NCBI RefSeq assembly: GCF_009914755.1
Contig: NC_060927.1
DNA length: 64,000 bases
Direction: 5' to 3' (one strand)
DNA from: the human T2T-CHM13v2.0 reference genome, Homo sapiens
Part shown: positions 43,382-64,000 of the stretch, in pieces
How positions within the stretch are numbered: the stretch's first letter is position 1
Layout: each line of letters opens with the position of its first letter
The notes under the pieces: generated by a model
Database searches by the model: none
The model's input: only the letters and a program-made list of their open reading frames with translations
What the model was told of the DNA's origin: nothing
Translations under genes and position numbers: made by a program

Positions 43382-45089
43382 TAAATACTATAAGTTTTAT
43401 AAAATTATACTTAAAATGTACTATACTATGCATAAAACTGGTAATCCTCCACATAAAACTATTTAATAACATGTGACTATTTAACATGGTTTAAAAAACA
43501 GTATTGAGACCAACAAGGCAGCCATTTATATTACCCTTTATGTACTACTTCCTCTATCATGTGGCAGTCAAAAGGCTAAGTGAAATGCTTGCAGCAAAGA
43601 AAACAGTTTTGAAAGGTCATGCTATGCAGACAGCCAGAATTTCTTTCACAATATCCTTACTGTCTATGGCAAACTGCATGACAATCTGACCACAGTTATT
43701 TTCTGTGTAAAAGTAAAAAGCACACCACATTATCAAAGGACCAGAAACAGTAAGCACTCAACAATATCATCTTTATGAACATTTTTTCTAACTGCGTAAA
43801 CATCCATACATATTAATGAAAAAGAACCCCGAGGCAAAGACAATGAATTGGAGAAAGAGGAACTTGGAAAAACTGGAAGGCAAGTTTAAACTATACCACT
43901 CTGTTTACTCATAGTGTTCACATAACATAAGAAGCTCCTATAGCTGGGCGTGGTGGCAGGTGCCTGTAATTCCAGCTACTCAGGAGGCTGAGGCAGGAGA
44001 ATTGCTTGAACCTAGGAGGCAGATGCTCCAGTGAGCCGAGATCGCACCACCGCACTCCAGCCTGGGCGACAGAGCAAGACTCCGCTCAAAAAAAAAAAAA
44101 AAAAGAAGCTCCTAAAGGAAAACTTTTCAAATTAAGACACATCATTTACAAAGAAAAAAGCCTAATTATAACAATATTGAAGACATTAAGATCATCTTTC
44201 AAAATTTCCATTATCTTAATGACAATTGCAAACAAGGTGCAAAGCTTCAAAAACCTCTCTGTGGCAGCTGTAATCCCATCACATTTTTTCCCTTTCATAG
44301 CTTTTACTGGTTTATCATTCATCTGAATAGGGAATATATTTTTCCAACAGTTAAGGTAGTACACAATCAATCAGTAAACACAAAAGTGAAAATTTCTCCA
44401 GCTCCTTGTAAAATTTCCAAACAGGAGGTTAACAAATGTATTCTTTTTTTTTTTTTTAAAGAAAGAAAAAAAAATCTAGTTTGTTTAATTGCTGTCCTAT
44501 CCTAAAAGATCATATTCATGACTACACACAGCCAAGTAACATGGACACGGTCCCTGAAGCTTATGGCAAAGCATACTTAAGATTTTTTAAGGCCCCAGAA
44601 TTTTAATTCCTGTGAAAATCTCTCACTAAAATTTAACTAGAAGACTTTTTTTTTTTTTTTTTGAGACATGATCTTGCTCTGTCACCCAGGCTGGAGTATA
44701 GTGGTATGACCTCGGTTCAGTACAACTTCCGCCTCCCAGGTTCAAACGATTCTCCTGCCTCAGCCTCCCAAGTAGCTGGCTCTACAGGCATGCACCACCA
44801 CACCTGGCTAGTTTTTGTATTTTTGGTGGAGATGGGGTTTTGCCATGTTGGCCAGGCCGGTCTCTAACTCCTGACCTCAGGTGGTCTGCCCGCCTTGGCC
44901 TCCCAAAGTACTGGGATTGCAGGCATGAGCCACCACGCCTGGATGAAGACACCTTTCTTTACCAGTTCTGACCTTGTAGCAGAGCATAAGGATTTGTGCT
45001 ACTTCTAAAACTACCAGAAAACAGTGTATGATAAACATTCTTTTAAGGAAATAAACTTAAAACATTCCATTATTCAAAAACCACAACTA

Positions 45090-47050
<1,961 letters not shown>

Positions 47051-47305
47051 CCCCAGATGCAGTGGCTCACACCTATAATCCTAGCATTTTGTGAGGCCAA
47101 GGTGGGCAGATCACTTCAGCTCAGGAGTTCGAGGCCAGCCTGAGAAACAGGGCAAAACCCTGTCCTCATTAAAAAAAAAAAAAAGCAAAATGATAAATTT
47201 TATATTGTGTGTATTTCACCAATTTTTTTTTTTAAACCCTGAGACCGGGCACGGTGGCTCATGCCTGGAAGCCCAGCATTTTGGGAGGCCGAAGCGGGCA
47301 GATCA

Positions 47306-48135
<830 letters not shown>

Positions 48136-48676
48136 TGAGCCACTGCACCTGGCGGCCTCACAATTCTTCAGCCTGAAGTTACACCTCTCAGCCACAGCTT
48201 GACCTTTCACTTCCCACCACAACCTCACTCCTGGATCTGCAGCTCCACCATCATACAGAGGAAAAGGCCTGACTCTGGTCTACAACTTGACTCAAGCCTC
48301 TACCACATTCACAATGATGATGTCAGCTCCTACTACCTCCACCCTCACTTACTTCAATGCAGCCACTCCGGCCCTCTTGCAGCTCATAGAACACATCAAG
48401 CACATCCAGCTTCAAACACTTTGTATTTAAGTTCCTTCAGTCTAAAATGCCCTCCCCACCCTATCCAAAATACCCAGAGGGCCTGCTCCCTCACTTCATT
48501 TGGAGCTGCCAACTCAAATGTCACCTAATCAGAGAGGTCTTCCCTAACTTTACCTTAGTAAACATATCCCTCCTTCATCAATGTCTACTTTTCCCTAATA
48601 TATTTCCATACCTTAATGACAATGGCAAACAAGGTATAAATCTTCAAAATAACACTTATCACCACCCAACATATTA

Positions 48677-49067
<391 letters not shown>

Positions 49068-49157
49068 TTTTTTTTCATTTTCCAGGTTACCATTGAGATA
49101 ATTTTTGTTTTTTGAGACACAGTCTCGCTCTGTTGCCCGGCTGAAGTGCAGTGGTAG

Positions 49158-49307
<150 letters not shown>

Positions 49308-50013
49308 TAAAAAGAGTAATTAAGTTTTTACTCAGAAGAGGTAAGAAGTTTGATTGAGATCAAAGACATAGGTAAAGGGTTTAGCTCTTAGAAGAGTAGC
49401 AATCTTTCTGCTTAGAAACTAGAGGACTGGAAGAGAGGATATATCAAGGAATTTTTAGGCAAAGAGGAAGAAGCTGTAGGATTTCTTTTCTCCTTCTCTT
49501 TCTCTCCCCCTCCCCTCCAACAGGGTCATACTCTGTTGCCCAGACTGGAGTGCAGTGGTCCAATTACAGCTCACTGCAACCTTGAATTCCTGGGCTCATG
49601 AAATCTTCCTGCCTCAGCTTCCTCAGTAGCCAATATTACACGTGTGTGCCACCACACCCAGCTAAGTGTAGGATTTCTTATCTTACTTTTTTTAATAATG
49701 TAGGGATTGAGGTTATCTATTCGGCATATAGTTAATTAGTGGTGAGGTTGGGATCCTGGGAGAAGAAAGCATTTAGGAAAAACATAGGGCAGCTACCAAA
49801 TTCACCAAATATTTACTGACCACCTGCATTGTGCCAGGCACTCTTGTAGACAAGATTAGTGTTCTCGTGGAGCTAATCACTGGAGTGAACAAGAACAATA
49901 CCAAATTGTAATGTGATATGAAAAGAATTAAAATATGGCAGTTGATAGTGACTGGTTATCTTCTTCTGAGGAGGTGACATTAAGATCTGAAAGACAAGAA
50001 TTTAACCAAACTA

Positions 50014-50403
<390 letters not shown>

Positions 50404-50663
50404 CTACAATAAGGTGGATGAGGACCATAGTGTCATGAGATGAGATTAAAGAAGTTGACCAGGCACTGTGGCTCCCATCTGTAATCCCAGCACTTTGGGA
50501 GGCCAAGGCAGGAGGATCGCTTAAGGCTAGGAGTTTGAAAACAGCCTGAGCAACATAGTGAGGCACCATCTCTTAAAAAAATTTCAGATTGAAGAAGTAG
50601 GCAGAGCCAGGCCACGTAGTGTTCTGTGGCTGTGGTAAGGAGTTTAGACTCAAAGTCTTGTGA

Positions 50664-50994
<331 letters not shown>

Positions 50995-51467
50995 TAAGCA
51001 TAAAAGTGGTATGACATGATATATGCCTTAGAGTCCTCTGTTTTATTGAAGATGAATTACAGGTGCAGAGTGGAAGCACAAAAGTCAGTTAAGAGGCTGT
51101 TGCAACTAACCAGACCAGAGACGGTGGAGAAATTTAATATGATTGCTGAGCAATAGTAAAGGCCTAGTTTGAGATAAGCTAGCATGACATGGCAGGCAGT
51201 ATGAATTTAGCTAGCATAACCTTTTAGGTGAACATGAGAAATTTGACACTGGTAATTGAAATAACTGTCTATGAGATGCAGGATTGATAAAGGGGATGCA
51301 TCAAGGCACTGGAGGCCATTATATACTGAATACATATTTACCGAGCATTTACTAATATACCAAGAACTCTGCTAGCTGCTAGGGTTACAACAGTGAACAA
51401 AAACAGAGGTCCATTTCTCATGGAGTTGATATGCTAATGAGGACAGAGAAGATAAACAATAAATATA

Positions 51468-51611
51468 TAGTCATCTGTGGTATCTGGGGGGAATTGTTTC
51501 CAGAACCCTTGCAGACACCAAAATCCAGAAATGCTCAAGTTCCTGATATTAAATTGTATGGTCTTTGCATACAACCTATGCATATCTTCTTGTATACTTT
51601 AAATCACCTCT
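51468..51611 (+). mobile_element. MER2 5' half
   Basis: GGTATCTGGGGGGAATTGTTTCCAGAACCC..CCAAAATCC..TGCTCAAGTTCCTGATAT..TATACTTTAAATCACCTCT. Confidence 0.8.
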
Positions 51612-51752
51612 TGCTGGGTGAGCCTGGTGGCTTACACCTGTAATCCCATCAAGAGGCTGAGGCAGGAGGATCACTTGAGCCCAGAAGTGATAGCATCACT
51701 GGACTCCAGCCTGAGTGACAGACTGAGACCCCATTTTCTTAAAAAAAAATTA

Positions 51753-52344
<592 letters not shown>

Positions 52345-52793
52345 TCAAAAAAACAAAAATAAAAATAATTGGGCATTAATTGATCTATAGGAGATTTGAA
52401 CCAGGATATATGGTTACCCTAACTATAACTCCAGTGCTTAAGGAAGTGATGACTGCAGCTATATTACATATGGGTTTAATAAATGAAATAGCTGAAATAT
52501 TTAGATTTTATCACCTCCTCTTTACTCTTCACTCCATTGCAACCTGATTTTCAGCCATAAACAGTCTCCTAAAATGGCCCCTGCTGGGATCATCAATGAA
52601 TTCCTAACTGTCAAATCCAAAAAAGTTTCTTCAGTTTTCAACTAACCTGTCTAAAGAGCTTTCAACACTACTGACACTCCTCTCTGCTTCATGAAGTTCT
52701 GTTCTTAACTCTGTAGGAAACATAATCCTCAATAACAGACTATCTTCAAACAAGACCTAGCATCCCCCCTACTCCCACTCCCTCCCTACCTCA

Positions 52794-53135
<342 letters not shown>

Positions 53136-53180
53136 CTAACCAATATATAAGTAATTAAAAATACAAAATTGGATACTTAC

Positions 53181-53285
53181 CTAAGAATGGTCGCCCCCAT
53201 TTCAGTCTTTTAGGAAAACAGATGGCATTACTTATTTTTTAAAAGTGACGTTTTCATGGAAGACTTTTTCCAGTTAAAACATACA
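53181..53285 (-). other. PIK3CB: Probable non-coding 5'UTR exon of PIK3CB (105 nt)
   Basis: Unique non-repeat block with acceptor CCTTTTTTGTAG| and a perfect donor TAG|GTAAGT on the gene strand. Size and position fit my recollection of the PIK3CB UTR exon upstream of the ATG exon. Confidence 0.8.
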
Positions 53286-53505
53286 CTACAAAAAAGGTTG
53301 AAGACAAAAGTATTAATCTAAATGAGCTAAATTAAGTCACGTAAATTTTATTACTTATATATGTAATCACTTCTTAATGCTACACATTTTAAAATATGTA
53401 GGTTGAAGATCTAATGAGGCTGAAGATCTTTGCTCTCAGATTTTGGCCATTTTCTTATTGGATTGGCTTTTTCTAATTAATTAGTAGGCTTTATATATTC
53501 AGGAC

Positions 53506-54166
53506 CAGGACAGACAACATAATTTGCAGAGCACAGTGCAAAATAAAAAGTGAGGCCTTTTCACCAAGATGGCACCAAAGAGAAAAAGGAAGCCCCTGCC
53601 TCTCCCAAAGCTGAAGCCAACAAAGGCTTTAAAGGCCAAAAACACACTGCTGAAAGATATCCGCATGCTACCCACCTTCAGGCTGCCCCAAGACACTGCA
53701 GCCAAAATATACTAGGAAGAGCACTCCCAAGAAAAACACGCTTAATCCTGACCAATGAGAAGACGGAAGACCACACCACACTTGCATTAGTTGTGTATGT
53801 CAAAGCCAACAAGCGCCAGATGAAACAAGCTGTGAAGAAGCTCTAGGACACTGACATGGCCAAGGTCAACACCCGGATTGAGTCTGCCAGAGAGAAGGCA
53901 TATATTCAACAGATTCCTGACTATGATGCTTTGAATGTTGCCAACAAAACTGGAATAACCAAAACTGAGCTCAGCTGGCAAATTCCAAATATAAATTTTT
54001 CACCATAAAAACATTTTAAAATAAGTAAATAAAAATGTTGGGCTACTTTTTCAAAAATTAAGAATTTCAAGACGGTGACAGCTTACCAGTAAACTAAGCA
54101 CGGGGACCATCTAAATGAGGGGTCCTGCGTGACTGCACAGATTGCACACCCATGAAGCCAGCCCTG
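53506..54166 (-). mobile_element. MER45A (hAT) split by the RPL23A pseudogene
   Basis: CAGGACAGACAACATAATTTGC..CAGTGCAAAAT on the left and AAGAATTTCAAGACGGTGACAGC..CCCATGAAGCCAGCCCTG on the right. Degenerate 8-bp TSD TTCAGGAC/GTCACGAC. Confidence 0.75.
53554..54035 (+). pseudogene. RPL23A processed pseudogene
   Basis: CTTTTCACCAAGATGGCACC start; motifs KKEAPASPKAEA and VKANKRQMKQAVKKL; 3' end TTTTCACCATAAAA; frameshifts, a stop and several deletions; TSD about AAATAAAAA. Confidence 0.93.
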
Positions 54167-54526
54167 GTCACGACCCTAATTCCCTATTACATATATTACA
54201 ATTATTTTTCCCAAAACATGTGGCATGTTTTCACTTTCTTTAAGGTGTCTTTTGATGAAGATGAATTTTTTAAATGAGAGGAACATTATAAAACAAATTT
54301 CAGAACAATTTCGAAGTACATAAAGCTGATTGTTTTTCCAAAAGTAAGAAAATTGGTGAACTCAAAAATAACAAACTTGTTTATTCAGGATGTTGATAGT
54401 GGGGGAAGCTATGCATGTGTGGGTACAGTTATGACTGTGTAGGGTAATGGGTGTATGTGAAAACTCTCTGTACTCCTGCTCAATTTTGCTGTGAACCTAA
54501 AACTACTCCTAAAAATAAAATCCAGG

Positions 54527-59200
<4,674 letters not shown>

Positions 59201-60758
59201 TCATCTCTATTGAGATATTACAAGTTCCCTTGCCTGTGGAAAACTCCATTGTTAATTTGTGAGGGGAAAAAAAAAAAGAGAGAAAAAAGGGCAAATAGTA
59301 TTGTTACTTTAAAAAAAAGTTTTGACCTTCCAGAGCTCAGGGACCTCTCAGGGTCCCCATACTGTATTTTGAGTACCAATCCTGCTCTATTCTGTGGTCC
59401 ACAATACCCTAGATAGGATCTCTATCTATCATTTGTATTTACCCCAACATATCAGAATTATCTGTTCATTTGCCAGTCTCTCTTGAGGTTTCTTAAAACT
59501 AAAACCATGAGCCATGAATCTTCTTCAACTTTGCACCCCCAGTGCCTCATACAGCACACAATACATATCCTCTCAAAAATGTTCCATGAATAAATGATGG
59601 ATATAGGAAAATATTCACACACTCTAATACATTAATATAAAGGTGTATGTGAATAAAGCGGAGTTTCCCATGGCCAACTCTTTAGCTAAAAGAAATGTAC
59701 AAAAGAAAAATCTTATGATAAATTGACAGCAATGCAAGAAGTAGAATAAAAGATATAGTCAAACCTGGTATGACCACATTAGATCAGAACTTTTCAGAAA
59801 GTTCAGACCTGAGGGAACAAGGAAAGCAGATTCTAAAGGGCATCTTAAACTGTAAACAAACACCCACTGCTCCAGTCTTCCACCAGAATAAAAAGTATCC
59901 ACCTCTGCAAGCAGACAATTAAACCACTGTTTTTAAAAAGGTTGGGAAGGGAGGTGGTGTCAAGGCAGGGAGAGTTCCAGAGACTGGATGACTAAGAAAG
60001 AACATAAATAAGTATTCTCACCTTATGAAACTTATGTATATTTTAAATTTTGTCAAATTAGAATATGAGAAAACATATTTTCCTGTCTTTATTTGCATTA
60101 GTTTCTAAATCAATACCTCTTTCCATTTCTATGAATGACCTCTATCCTCCCAAACCAAGTAAACACCAACATGATAGCATTACTGAACACAGGACACACA
60201 TTTGCCTCTCTTGCTTATTATTACACGTGGCCAGTACCTTGATGCTTAACAAATATATCTAGATTGTTCATTAATTGGATATATGCAGCAGCACGTGGGC
60301 CAAGGGAAAAGAATTCCTTTTGCAGAAAAGTCCTGGGATGAGGCTGGGGCAAGGTGTCACACAAGCCAAGACATGAAAGAAGCTCTTGGAAGAGGCTCAG
60401 GTGTGGAGGGAAAATTCTATGCTGAGTTTTACCATGAAGGCACTAGGGAAGTCACTGGAGCTGATGGCCTCCTTCTCTGGGCCTCCATTCTCAAACACAA
60501 CATGAAGCTCTAAAATGCTTAGGCTCTCTACCTTGATTTTCAGAAAGTCTCTGTGGCTTGTCTATCTAGGAAAGTTCCAGCCTCTCAGCAGAATGAATTT
60601 GACATTCCAAAGATGTGAATTTTGACCAGAATCAATTCACTGGAGGCCCACATCAATACATAAAGCATTCAATTATTGTTAGATAATTTACAAACAGGTT
60701 AATACTGTTACCACATATTCTAGATAAGAAAATAGGTATAGAAGCAACCTGACTGACA

Positions 60759-64000
<3,242 letters not shown>

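Overview
Hominoid (human-like) genomic DNA covering the 5' part of PIK3CB (PI3-kinase p110beta), transcribed on the minus strand. It holds two coding exons (15869-16039 with the start codon, and 12452-12677) and a probable 105-nt 5'UTR exon (53181-53285). The promoter/first exon lies beyond the right edge and later exons beyond the left edge. The rest is intron, with about 90 Alu copies or fragments counted by eye, a near full-length Tigger2 broken up by Alus, a MER52 solo LTR, an SVA, GAPDH and RPL23A processed pseudogenes, and MER1B/MER53/MER45A/MER2/MLT1/L1/L2 relics. Nearly all ORFs in the supplied track are repeat-derived artefacts. I see no new multi-gene system. The best leads are: a chain of five upstream ORFs in the PIK3CB leader, one ending in a UGA directly before and in frame with the annotated ATG; a ~2.3-kb inversion revealed by a split MER2/L2; and two locally templated insertions. 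Repeat family names come from remembered consensus sequences, and repeat boundaries are approximate.
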